Source: a virus (lineage: Duplodnaviria > Heunggongvirae > Uroviricota > Caudoviricetes). From it: a stretch of DNA of 22,431 nt. The stretch is taken from positions 1 through 22,431 of the IMG/VR virus record IMGVR_UViG_2529292726_000014, one strand, 5' to 3'. Below are positions 1-7,200 of the stretch, in pieces (positions within the stretch are counted from its first letter, which is position 1; each line of letters begins with the position of its first letter). A program made the position numbers and the translations under genes. Below the pieces are notes generated by a model, which saw only the letters and a program-made list of their open reading frames with translations, had not been told where the DNA came from and did not search any database.

Positions 1-453
1 ATCGAGGATGAAATACGGGGATTACCGGAGTCAGAGCGTCTTGCCGTCAGGCAGCAGCGAAGCAAAGTGTTACTGACGTCGCTGCATGAATGGATGGTGG
101 AGAAGAATGGTACGCTGTCGAAAAAATCCAGACTGGGCGAAGCGTTCAGCTATGTACTGAATCAGTGGGATGCCCTCTGTTATTACAGTGATGACGGTCT
201 GGCGGAGGCGGATAATAATGCTGCGGAAAGAGCGCTTCGTGCAGTCTGTCTCGGAAAGAAAAACTTTATGTTCTTTGGCAGCGATCACGGCGGCGAGCGT
301 GGAGCACTGTTGTACGGGCTGATCGGCACCTGCCGTCTGAACGGTATCGATCCGGAAGCGTATCTGCGCCATATCCTGAGCGTACTGCCGGAATGGCCTT
401 CCAACCGAGTTGATGAACTCCTGCCATGGAACGTAGTACTCACCAATAAATAA
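1..453 (+). CDS. IS66-family transposase, C-terminal fragment (5' end lies outside the window)
   Basis: Frame 1 is open from position 1 to TAA at 451-453. The translation ...RALRAVCLGKKNFMFFGSDHGGERGALLYGLIGTCRLNGIDPEAYLRHILSVLPEWPSNRVDELLPWNV matches the conserved C-terminal region of IS66-family transposases as I recall it. The GTG at 67 used by the ORF track is internal. Confidence 0.8.
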   Translation: MEDEIRGLPESERLAVRQQRSKVLLTSLHEWMVEKNGTLSKKSRLGEAFSYVLNQWDALCYYSDDGLAEADNNAAERALRAVCLGKKNFMFFGSDHGGERGALLYGLIGTCRLNGIDPEAYLRHILSVLPEWPSNRVDELLPWNVVLTNK

Positions 454-483
454 GCGTCAATACGGTGCTCCGTTGACGCTTAC
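1..483 (+). mobile_element. Right end of an IS66-family insertion sequence (partial, truncated by window edge)
   Basis: The transposase stop is followed by a hairpin (GCGTCAA 454-460 / TTGACGC 473-479) and the sequence ends CGCTTAC at 477-483. Its reverse complement GTAAGCG... is what I recall as the typical IS66-family terminal inverted-repeat start. Exact boundary is uncertain by a few bp. Confidence 0.6.
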
Positions 484-680
484 CACAATGGAGGGGAGTA
501 CCATGAAACTGTTCTCTACACGAGACAGAGTGGTGGTGATGTGTTGATTATCGGCGTATATGCGCACAGGACGCGCTATGACAATGTTTTATGCGGGTAC
601 ACCAATCACATGTATCTGGTGTGATAAATCGCGTTACATGACCTCTCATGTTGTGCTGGTGGTTATCACGACGTTCTGAA

Positions 681-737
681 TCTGGCTTTTGTCTGATATT
701 TTGCGACAAGTACGCGCGCGTAACATCGAAATTATCG
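681..737. repeat. Left copy of an imperfect ~57-bp direct repeat (core GACAAGTACGCGC at 705-717)
   Basis: TCTGGCTTTTGTCTGATATTTTGCGACAAGTACGCGCGCGTAACATCGAAATTATCGG aligns with 3394-3452, sharing a 13-nt identical core plus flanking matches. Confidence 0.6.
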
Positions 738-1057
738 GATGGCGTATGTTGCTGGCAAGATAAAGTCGGCGTAATACAAAGGCGTTACTTGATAGCAGCA
801 AGATTACAACAATGGTTGTTGAATTTGAGCGATGTAAGGAATTGATTTAGGGAGGCGCTGATGGCTAAAAAGTTCCACTACCAGCGGATGAATGCGCCAG
901 CGATGGCCGTTTGGTAGTAAAAGAGGAGCCATTCCTCAATCAGTTGAATACATTATGCCAACTAAATGGGTGGGGGCACTGTGTGGGTATTCAGCGGTGA
1001 CGGTATTTTTTAAGCCAAGGACTATCCGTAGCAGGGGGACTCATTTTGAAATATTTA

Positions 1058-1495
1058 TCATATGTAACTTATTATTTTAGATAAAGATTTCCAGTTAAAG
1101 AAAAAAGTTATCATTGATATAATCAAATATGCCCCTGCGAGTAGCAGGGCATAATAATCCAGAGGCAGATTGCTGACAACAGGGGCAAACATCGAGATCA
1201 TTGCTAATAGGCAGGCTGTGATCAGCGTAGTTCCTGTATCAAAAAGCCCCTCAATAATGCCTTTTAGTACTCCGTTACTTTTTAGAGCGCCTACAATTCC
1301 CTTTGAACTATCAAAGCTACTTAGCATGGTGACTGATGCCAAAACAAAACCAAAGAGAACTCCAGAAATAGTTGAAAGAGCACCAGCAGCCGAAATGACA
1401 GCATTGTGATCTAGGTCGTGTAAAAAATGGGCACCAGCAATAGCCATAGCTAGAGCAAACAATGACTTGGCAGCAAACAATTTCCGAGAACTCAT
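1058..1495 (-). CDS. Small polytopic membrane protein (145 aa, about 3-4 predicted TM helices); candidate effector of a two-gene module
   Basis: ATG at 1495 with an AGGAA Shine-Dalgarno about 9 nt upstream, 12 bp after the stop of the upstream gene. Hydrophobic segments at roughly residues 10-24, 32-60, 88-105 and 113-134. AT-rich relative to the lambda-like genes. Confidence 0.6.
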   Translation of the reverse strand: MSSRKLFAAKSLFALAMAIAGAHFLHDLDHNAVISAAGALSTISGVLFGFVLASVTMLSSFDSSKGIVGALKSNGVLKGIIEGLFDTGTTLITACLLAMISMFAPVVSNLPLDYYALLLAGAYLIISMITFFFNWKSLSKIISYI

Positions 1496-1507
1496 AATGT
1501 ATTCCTG

Positions 1508-2593
1508 TTACGTTTGACTAACCAAATAGTACTGGGTTAGATACCTAAGGTTGTCATTCTTTGCTTGTAGCATAGCATTTTTAACGTCAGTATCGGTCGG
1601 ATACCCATCTGCTTGGATAGGCACCATCTTCTTTACCGTAAGAACTTCGTCTACAAGACTTTTCTTCTTTTTATCGCCCTGAGCAACAACATTTGCTTTC
1701 TCAAAAGTTAAACGACCATCACCACCAGGGAACTTTTCTAGCATCTCCTTAAGGCTTTTTTTAACGTCATCCTCAAGCCATCCCTTTGCTTTTCTTTTTA
1801 ATGGAGAATGTCCGCGTAACGAAATAGTCAGGTGGCTTGAACTGGTGCCTCTGATCATCTCAATCATCTGATTCGCGAACATTCCATCGAGTTGATACTG
1901 TGCGGCATTGAAGTTTCTTGGGATGGCCACAGAAATCTCGCAGCTTCTTAGATTGGATCCAGTTTCGAGTAGTTCTTTGATGCTTTCTTCTTTCCAAATG
2001 GCTTCAAAAGAAACAGGGACTCCGCGATCACTGGAGTTGAAAAGAAGGAAGGCTAAGTCACTATGGCGTGGACCTAAATGATTTAAAGACAATACTAGAA
2101 TGTCTGTCTGAGGATAATAAATAAAGTATGTACGTTCTGAAAGAGTCTTTGCCCCGGCTAGAGGGATTTTCTCTTCCACCCACTCTTTATCTGTAATATA
2201 TGCCAGTGTTGCGCTTTTTCTTCTTCGAGACATGAATCCGAAGTAGGAGCCATCCTCGGGTGAGATGTCTAGAAAATGAATTTTAAGTTCTCTTTCACCA
2301 AAGTCTGCATAGTGGGTCATCTTGAAGTCTTTAGAACACCGATCATACAGATTTTTAAAGGCCTCTGCGGTTAACCCCTTGTTACTAGTGCGAATATTCT
2401 CAGAGCTTGTGTAAAAGCCCACCCTTACAGATTTCAAACTTTGATCTTTTGGTGCCACAGTCATTTGAGCTCCATTGTACTCTGCGAAAGTTTTTGCACA
2501 CCTTGAAATCAAAATCTCCATGTCAGTCACGAGAAAATAACTATGGATGAAACCCATCAAAGGCATTGAATACAGGTGGCTTTTGAGAATCAT
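1508..2593 (-). CDS. Hypothetical 361-aa soluble protein, first gene of a two-gene operon; no family recognised by eye
   Basis: Long uninterrupted minus-strand ORF in an AT-rich segment, ending 12 bp before the membrane-protein gene. No canonical nuclease, ATPase, cyclase or HEPN motif recognised by inspection. Start could be an internal Met (M10, M13 or M25) rather than 2593. Confidence 0.6.
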   Translation of the reverse strand: MILKSHLYSMPLMGFIHSYFLVTDMEILISRCAKTFAEYNGAQMTVAPKDQSLKSVRVGFYTSSENIRTSNKGLTAEAFKNLYDRCSKDFKMTHYADFGERELKIHFLDISPEDGSYFGFMSRRRKSATLAYITDKEWVEEKIPLAGAKTLSERTYFIYYPQTDILVLSLNHLGPRHSDLAFLLFNSSDRGVPVSFEAIWKEESIKELLETGSNLRSCEISVAIPRNFNAAQYQLDGMFANQMIEMIRGTSSSHLTISLRGHSPLKRKAKGWLEDDVKKSLKEMLEKFPGGDGRLTFEKANVVAQGDKKKKSLVDEVLTVKKMVPIQADGYPTDTDVKNAMLQAKNDNLRYLTQYYLVSQT

Positions 2594-2944
2594 CCTAACC
2601 TGGTGACGGTGGTTCGCATATCCTGATGGATGATCAGTGATTAATCAATGCGCCAAGCAGATGTGTCTATGTGTTTGTTAATCATTGCATGACAGTAGAT
2701 CGACATGGGAGATCACGTTATATAGTTGAATTGTTAGGATATCCATGCACCGATCAACTGACTAGGCTGATGTGCTTTTTAGCAGGTGCCATATAGTAGT
2801 TAGGCGGTTCTGTGAAATGATTACTGTTCCAGCATAACTGCGGCATAAAGCGGTGCTATATAAGCTATTTGCTGGCGGATTTAGTCTTCACCGTTAATAT
2901 ATGTAGTGACTATTTGACAGAGTGTTAGTTCACGGACACTTTTT

Positions 2945-3053
2945 GTTGGTTCAAAATGAGTTGATGTTGGTTCAATATTTTAGAAAAAACACAATAAAAA
3001 CAACGCTCTTTACAAATTGAACCAACTGAACCAACTGAACCAACTGAACCAAC
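2945..3053. repeat. Iteron-like array: two inverted copies GTTGGTTCAA (2945-2954, 2966-2975) and about 3.9 tandem copies of GAACCAACT (3019-3053)
   Basis: Read directly from the sequence. Lies in the ~500-bp divergent intergenic region between the minus-strand operon (start 2593) and the PerC-like gene (start 3090). Confidence 0.75.
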
Positions 3054-3089
3054 ACCTTTTTGCTTATCTATATAATCTGAGAGGCAGAA

Positions 3090-3371
3090 ATGATAAGGGA
3101 CAGGAAAGCTGAAGAGCTGGAGTCAAAAGGGCTATACCGGAGAGCTGCCGCACGATGGATGGAAGTCATGCTGTTATGCACCGAGGACGATGATCGGGAA
3201 TGGATAAAGCGCCGCCGTGAAACGTGTCTGGAGAACGTGAAGCGCCCGCCCGTGAAGGTTGAGGAATTTGGCGACCTGCATAAAGCTGTTACCGAAACGC
3301 AACACCGCATGGGGATAGCGCAACCGAACGGTAACGCCTTCCGGTTAAATGGCGGCAAGAGGCAAAGGTAG
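3090..3371 (+). CDS. PerC-family transcriptional regulator (Pch-like)
   Basis: 93-aa product MIRDRKAEELESKGLYRRAAARWMEVM...KAVTETQHRMGIAQPNGNAF matches the conserved PerC/Pch pattern (KAEELE.KGL.RRAAARW, MGI.QPNG) as I recall it. GAGAGG precedes the ATG. Confidence 0.75.
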   Translation: MIRDRKAEELESKGLYRRAAARWMEVMLLCTEDDDREWIKRRRETCLENVKRPPVKVEEFGDLHKAVTETQHRMGIAQPNGNAFRLNGGKRQR

Positions 3372-3375
3372 ACCA

Positions 3376-3397
3376 CCAGAGGGAAATCATCCTCTGG
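3376..3397 (+). terminator. Possible hairpin terminator downstream of the PerC-like gene
   Basis: CCAGAGG (3376-3382) / CCTCTGG (3391-3397) 7-bp stem with 8-nt loop, followed by a T-rich but interrupted tract. Confidence 0.3.
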
Positions 3398-3452
3398 CTG
3401 GCGGTTTCTGGTATTTCGGGACAAGTACGCGCACGCGTAGCACCCAATCGGT
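3394..3452. repeat. Right copy of the imperfect ~57-bp direct repeat (core GACAAGTACGCGC at 3419-3431)
   Basis: TCTGGCTGGCGGTTTCTGGTATTTCGGGACAAGTACGCGCACGCGTAGCACCCAATCGG aligns with 681-737. Confidence 0.6.
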
Positions 3453-3668
3453 GAGGAAATAGCGGCGACCTGAATGGTCAAAATCACAACGCAGCTATCC
3501 CCGTAAGCATCGCTTAACGGAATAGCAGTAACCTGAATCCAGTGGGGAGGGGGTAGTCAAATCTCTACAGGCCTGACTATCCGGGACTGCCCGCCCCATC
3601 GTTTTTTTATACCCGCGAAAAATGAAATTTAATCCGGGCGTGTTTCATCCTTCCAGAGGGTATGACGT

Positions 3669-3854
3669 ATGACACCACGCGAAATAGCCTTATTGACCAT
3701 CGCCAAACTTGAGCACGGAGGCCACCAGCTTACACAGGCAGATCAACGGGAGATAGAACGATCAGTTAATGCCGATATAGCCCGGCGCGACAGGTTCCGC
3801 GAAATGATGCGAGCACCTGCCTACCAGTGGAAGAAGCCAGCGCCGCGCAGGTAG
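3669..3854 (+). CDS. Small prophage protein (61 aa), possibly YdfA/DUF1391-like
   Basis: ORF with GAGGG upstream. Family assignment is from memory only and is weak. Confidence 0.45.
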   Translation: MTPREIALLTIAKLEHGGHQLTQADQREIERSVNADIARRDRFREMMRAPAYQWKKPAPRR

Positions 3855-3974
3855 ATATGGGATTATTCCACATGTAACTTATGCGTATTAAGCAAATTTC
3901 CTTTATTCACCTTTACAGAATTGTGAGTACGTCAGTATCGTTATCCTTCCGATTCGCATTTATTCAGGATTTGC

Positions 3975-4517
3975 ATGTACCAGCTAAAGATAACCATCCG
4001 AGACAGCAAACCACCTATATGGCGGCGTGTGCTGGTTCCAGAGCAAATCCCCTTTAGTAAACTTCATGCCGTGATCCAGTTAGCTTTTGGCTGGAATGAC
4101 GAACACCTGTATATGTTCGAGAAAGGGCGTAAAGGTGATCCAGGTAGCGAGTATCGCGTATGGGGTGAGGATGAAAGCATGGGTAACGCGGCAATCACGC
4201 CACTATGGGCGGCGCTCCAGAATGAGGGTGACAAGCTGGTTTACACGTATGACTTTGGCGACTGGTGGGATTGCGTCATTGTGCTGGAGAAGCAAACACA
4301 CGATACGAGTAATCAGCCCATTAGCTGCCTGCGTGGGAAAGGCACCACCCCGGCGGAAAACTCAGGCGGCTTGCATGGTTACAATGAATTGCTATTACAG
4401 GCCAGAGAGTCTGATAATCCTGAGCAGGCCGAGATCCACAATTTCCTGATGCTGGATATTGAACGCCGGGTTTACGACCTGAGCCGCATCAACGACAGAT
4501 TGCAGGCTATTAACTGA
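3975..4517 (+). CDS. pRiA4b ORF-3-like family protein (180 aa)
   Basis: N-terminal pattern YQLKITIRDSKPPIWRRVLVP...LHAVIQLAFGWNDEHLYMF and later DFGDWW are characteristic of the plasmid pRiA4b ORF-3-like family as I recall it. Confidence 0.6.
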   Translation: MYQLKITIRDSKPPIWRRVLVPEQIPFSKLHAVIQLAFGWNDEHLYMFEKGRKGDPGSEYRVWGEDESMGNAAITPLWAALQNEGDKLVYTYDFGDWWDCVIVLEKQTHDTSNQPISCLRGKGTTPAENSGGLHGYNELLLQARESDNPEQAEIHNFLMLDIERRVYDLSRINDRLQAIN

Positions 4518-4869
4518 CCCGCATGTATTCACCTGATATTGCGTTATCAGCGCCGCCAGTATCGCGCATAACAGCACAATGACCGGGTAAACCGTAACGC
4601 ACGACCGTTGCGTTAGTCTCACCGCCGCGCCTTATCTGGCGCGATTCATACACTGTCACCCGCTCAAGCAGTCCACCAGCTACCATGCTTTCCAGTGTGC
4701 GCCGGGTTGATTCGAGCTGGTGACGCTTATCGAACGACACCATGCCATGAAGCAGGTAGGCCACACCCGACACATCGAACGGCGGCGCACCAATCTCACC
4801 AGTCACCCATTCGAGGTTATCCGGTTCAAAGTAGCTAAGTATCTCTTTTTTGCGGCTGGTCATTCTCAT
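4510..4869 (-). CDS. Hypothetical protein (119 aa), possible winged-helix DNA-binding protein
   Basis: ORF convergent with and overlapping by 8 bp the preceding gene. C-terminal segment TRRTLESMVAGGLLERVTVYESRQIRRGG resembles a winged HTH. Start may be M3. Confidence 0.4.
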   Translation of the reverse strand: MRMTSRKKEILSYFEPDNLEWVTGEIGAPPFDVSGVAYLLHGMVSFDKRHQLESTRRTLESMVAGGLLERVTVYESRQIRRGGETNATVVRYGLPGHCAVMRDTGGADNAISGEYMRVS

Positions 4870-5018
4870 GGCTGGCTGATTCCTTATTGTGGGATAGCAC
4901 TATCATACAATAAGTGGGTTAAAGGGAGAGCGTTACCGCCTGATATGCTGTATGAATAACAACCAAATTTCAGGGGCGGAAAAAGATATGGGGGTACTTT
5001 TGGGGGTGTCTATAAAAA

Positions 5019-5718
5019 ATGAACAATAAAAAAGGCAACAAAAACAAAGCTTATCGCCTATGTGTATTGTTCCTATTATCACCGTATCGCCCGAAAGATG
5101 ATGGCTATGTGGCACAGGGGCGCGAGCTAAAACAGCCCGTCATGGCCCCGCTGATTTCTTACTTTCGTGATGCGCGTAAATCACTGGGAATAACGTCAAA
5201 ACAGATAGCGGAAGCCACCGGAAAGAAAAACATGGCTTCGCACTGGTTTGGTACCAGTCAGTGGCAGTTACCGAACGAGGGTGATTACAACAAATTGCAG
5301 GCGTTGTTTGCGCGTGTTGCGGCAGAAAAAACATCAGCGCGGGGAACTGGAAAAACCACACCACCAGCTGGTCAGCACATACAGTGAGCTGAACCGGCAG
5401 TATACGGAATTGCTGAGTGAATATAAAAATTTGCGGCGGTATTTCGGTGTGACGGCGCAGGTTCCGTACACCGATGTCTGGACGCATAAACCGGTGCAGT
5501 ACTATCCAGGGAAACATCCGTGCGAAAAACCGGCAGAAATGCTGCAGCAGATAATCAACGCGAGCAGTCGTCCGGGAGACCTGGTTGCAGATTTTTTTAT
5601 GGGTTCAGGTTCAACGGTAAAAGCGGCGATGGCACTGGGGCGTTGTGCGATTGGTGTTGAGCTGGAGACAGGACGTTTTGAACAGACAGCCAGGGAAGTT
5701 CAGGATTTAATCGTTTGA
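5019..5718 (+). pseudogene. DNA N6-adenine methyltransferase, split by a frameshift (possibly also lacking a canonical DPPY motif)
   Basis: C-terminal half (frame of 5248..5718) has HPCEKPAEMLQQIINASSRPGDLVADFFMGSGSTVKAAMALGRCAIGVELE, i.e. the HP.QKP and F.GSG.T AdoMet-binding motifs of beta-class phage methyltransferases. The N-terminal portion is in a different frame (5019..5387). The frames switch near the A6 run at 5324-5329 or the A5 run at 5351-5355. Confidence 0.55.
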
Positions 5719-5767
5719 AACGGATGAGATTGCAGAATTAATTACGCACCATTATTATTCTGCTCCC

Positions 5768-5843
5768 GGCCCTTTAGCTCAGTGGTGAGAGCGAGCGACT
5801 CATAATCGCCAGGTCGCTGGTTCAAATCCAGCAAGGGCCACCA
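5768..5843 (+). tRNA. tRNA with CAU anticodon, ileX/ileZ-like (tRNA-Ile2, lysidine) rather than Met
   Basis: Manual cloverleaf: acceptor GGCCCTT/AAGGGCC, anticodon loop CTCATAA, T-loop TTCAAAT, 3' CCA encoded. Very similar to E. coli ileX as I recall it. Confidence 0.8.
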
Positions 5844-5844
5844 A

Positions 5845-5921
5845 CCGTCACCAGTTCATCAGGAAAGAGCGTCAACCCTTTAAGTTGAGTGTGCGAGGTT
5901 CGAGTCCCCGGTGGCGGTCCA
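5845..5921 (+). tRNA. Atypical or degenerate tRNA-like gene (anticodon loop CCTTTAA; UUU if canonical, Lys-like)
   Basis: A cloverleaf can be drawn (acceptor CCGTCAC/GTGGCGG with one G-U pair, T-loop TTCGAGT, CCA encoded) but with C8, C33 and one T-stem mismatch. May be a pseudo-tRNA. Confidence 0.4.
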
Positions 5922-5923
5922 GT

Positions 5924-5999
<76 letters not shown>

Positions 6000-6002
6000 T
6001 AT

Positions 6003-6077
<75 letters not shown>

Positions 6078-6144
6078 GCATTTGCAACAAGCCTTATTGT
6101 ATTGCGGCACTGGTGTATTTTTTATTACGTGGGAGCAGGTTGTT

Positions 6145-6175
6145 TTGAAAAAGCATTCTGTTCTCTGGCTATAAT
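6145..6175 (+). promoter_or_regulatory. Candidate sigma70 late promoter (pR'-like): -35 TTGAAA (6145-6150), -10 TATAAT (6170-6175)
   Basis: Perfect -10 hexamer and near-consensus -35 with a long (18-19 bp) spacer. Lies about 180-200 nt upstream of a strong terminator, as lambda pR' does relative to tR'. Confidence 0.4.
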
Positions 6176-6352
6176 TTGAGGCCAGGTGTAGCCTCAGTGC
6201 TGATTTTTTTACGACAGCAGAATGGTGCATTATCGGTGGAGATTTTGTATTTCCTGGCAGGGTCGGTGATGCATCATTCCGATGTTGTAAGCATCGCTCA
6301 GAATAACGTTGAGATTAATCGCGTACTAAGCAAAACCTGGAAATACATCCTT

Positions 6353-6379
6353 AACCGCCGCACCAGGCGGTTTTTTTTA
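6353..6379 (+). terminator. Rho-independent terminator (tR'-like)
   Basis: AACCGCC / GGCGGTT stem with GCACCA loop followed by T8. Confidence 0.6.
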
Positions 6380-6393
6380 TTCATTTTTTTCAT

Positions 6394-6416
6394 GGCTCGC
6401 TACGGCGGGCCTTTTT
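6394..6416 (+). terminator. Second hairpin terminator
   Basis: GGCTCGC / GCGGGCC stem (one G-U pair) with a short loop followed by T5. Confidence 0.4.
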
Positions 6417-6502
6417 CATATCCTCGCCACACCCGGCGCATATCACATCAAATAACGCCGCGCAAAAGGCATCTGCGGGTGCCTTTGACGGGGTGTTTTT
6501 AC

Positions 6503-6524
6503 GGGCCGCTGGTGGCCCTTTTTT
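6503..6524 (+). terminator. Hairpin terminator immediately upstream of the lysis genes
   Basis: GGGCC / GGCCC stem with GCTGGT loop followed by T6. Preceded by another stem AAAGGCA/TGCCTTT at about 6466-6487. Confidence 0.5.
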
Positions 6525-6543
6525 ATTTACAGGAGAAAAACGT

Positions 6544-6933
6544 ATGTCTGAACCCTTATCCGGTTCCGGCACGGCTGCGGCGCTCGGTGGGGCGACGGTG
6601 TACGGGCTGTTTACCGGAACGGATTTCGGGATTGTGTTTGGTGCGTTCGCCGGGGCGTTATTTGTGGCAACGATGCCGCAGGCGCTTTCAGTCTGGCGTG
6701 TGGTGGCGCATTTTTTGGTGTCGTTTATCGTCGGCGTGCTGGGGGCGCGCGTGCTGTCAGCCTGGATTGCATCAAAAACAGGGTATGACGGTACATCGGC
6801 AGATGCGCTGTGTGCGGTGCTGGTATCGGTGGTGTCGGTGAAGATTCTGTCGTTCATCCACCAGCAGGATATTGCATCGCTGGTGTCCGGTGTGTTCTCC
6901 CGTCTGCGGGGTGGAGGCGGTAATGTTAAGTAA
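6544..6933 (+). CDS. Putative holin (129-aa membrane protein)
   Basis: ATG at 6544 preceded by AGGAG. Glycine-rich product with 2-3 hydrophobic helices, first gene of the lysis cluster. The upstream in-frame ATG at 6493 overlaps the terminator and is rejected. Confidence 0.5.
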   Translation: MSEPLSGSGTAAALGGATVYGLFTGTDFGIVFGAFAGALFVATMPQALSVWRVVAHFLVSFIVGVLGARVLSAWIASKTGYDGTSADALCAVLVSVVSVKILSFIHQQDIASLVSGVFSRLRGGGGNVK

Positions 6934-7198
6934 CCTTCCCGGATTACTGAATGTGGTGTTAAGCACGGTTATCGTGCTGACGCTCTTTTTTTATCGTCGT
7001 GGTGATTCCAGACATAAACCGCTGATGTCGTGGCTGGCCTGGCTGCTGATGCTGCTGTATGCCTTTGCGCCACTTTGTTATCTGTGTGGTCGCTTTCCAC
7101 CCGGTAACTGGCTGGTCGTCCTGATTAACCTGGTGTTCTGCGTGCTGGTGATACGAGCACGCGGGAACGTATCAAAAATCCTTTCATTACGGAGGTGA
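6923..7198 (+). CDS. Second small membrane protein of the lysis cassette (92 aa; holin or antiholin partner)
   Basis: ATG at 6923 preceded by GGAGG, overlapping the previous gene's stop. Two to three TM segments. Confidence 0.5.
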   Translation: MLSNLPGLLNVVLSTVIVLTLFFYRRGDSRHKPLMSWLAWLLMLLYAFAPLCYLCGRFPPGNWLVVLINLVFCVLVIRARGNVSKILSLRR

Positions 7199-7200
7199 GT

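Noticed and set aside
846-870. GGGAGGCGCTG motif shared with the FII translation-initiation region (16326-16350)
   Set aside because: Only about 11 contiguous identical bases, consistent with chance similarity of Shine-Dalgarno-containing sequence.
507-914. Two tiny ORFs with strong Shine-Dalgarno sequences (ATG 507, 14 codons after GGAGGGGAG; ATG 861, 17 codons after TAGGGAGG)
   Set aside because: Too short to support from sequence alone. They could be leader peptides or chance.
648-1080. Plus-strand ORFs 648..845 and 892..1080
   Set aside because: No convincing translation signals or recognisable product. The first spans the direct-repeat copy and the second runs into the 3' end of the minus-strand membrane-protein gene.
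1170-1409. Plus-strand ORF 1170..1409
   Set aside because: Antisense within the 145-aa membrane-protein gene, which has a good Shine-Dalgarno and operon context.
3019-3053. Tandem GAACCAACT repeats as a possible CRISPR array
   Set aside because: The unit is only 9 bp with no spacers; this is a short tandem or iteron-type repeat, not a CRISPR.
3068-3487. Minus-strand ORF 3068..3487 (139 aa)
   Set aside because: Antisense to the PerC-like gene, whose product matches a known family. Low-complexity Ser/Arg-rich translation.
4087-4622. ORFs 4087..4449 (+) and 4395..4622 (-)
   Set aside because: Alternative-frame or antisense overlaps of the pRiA4b ORF-3-like gene and its convergent neighbour.
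6176-6966. ORFs 6176..6841 (+), 6390..6857 (-) and 6772..6966 (-)
   Set aside because: They span the terminator hairpins and overlap the holin-like gene, which has a proper Shine-Dalgarno and start at 6544.
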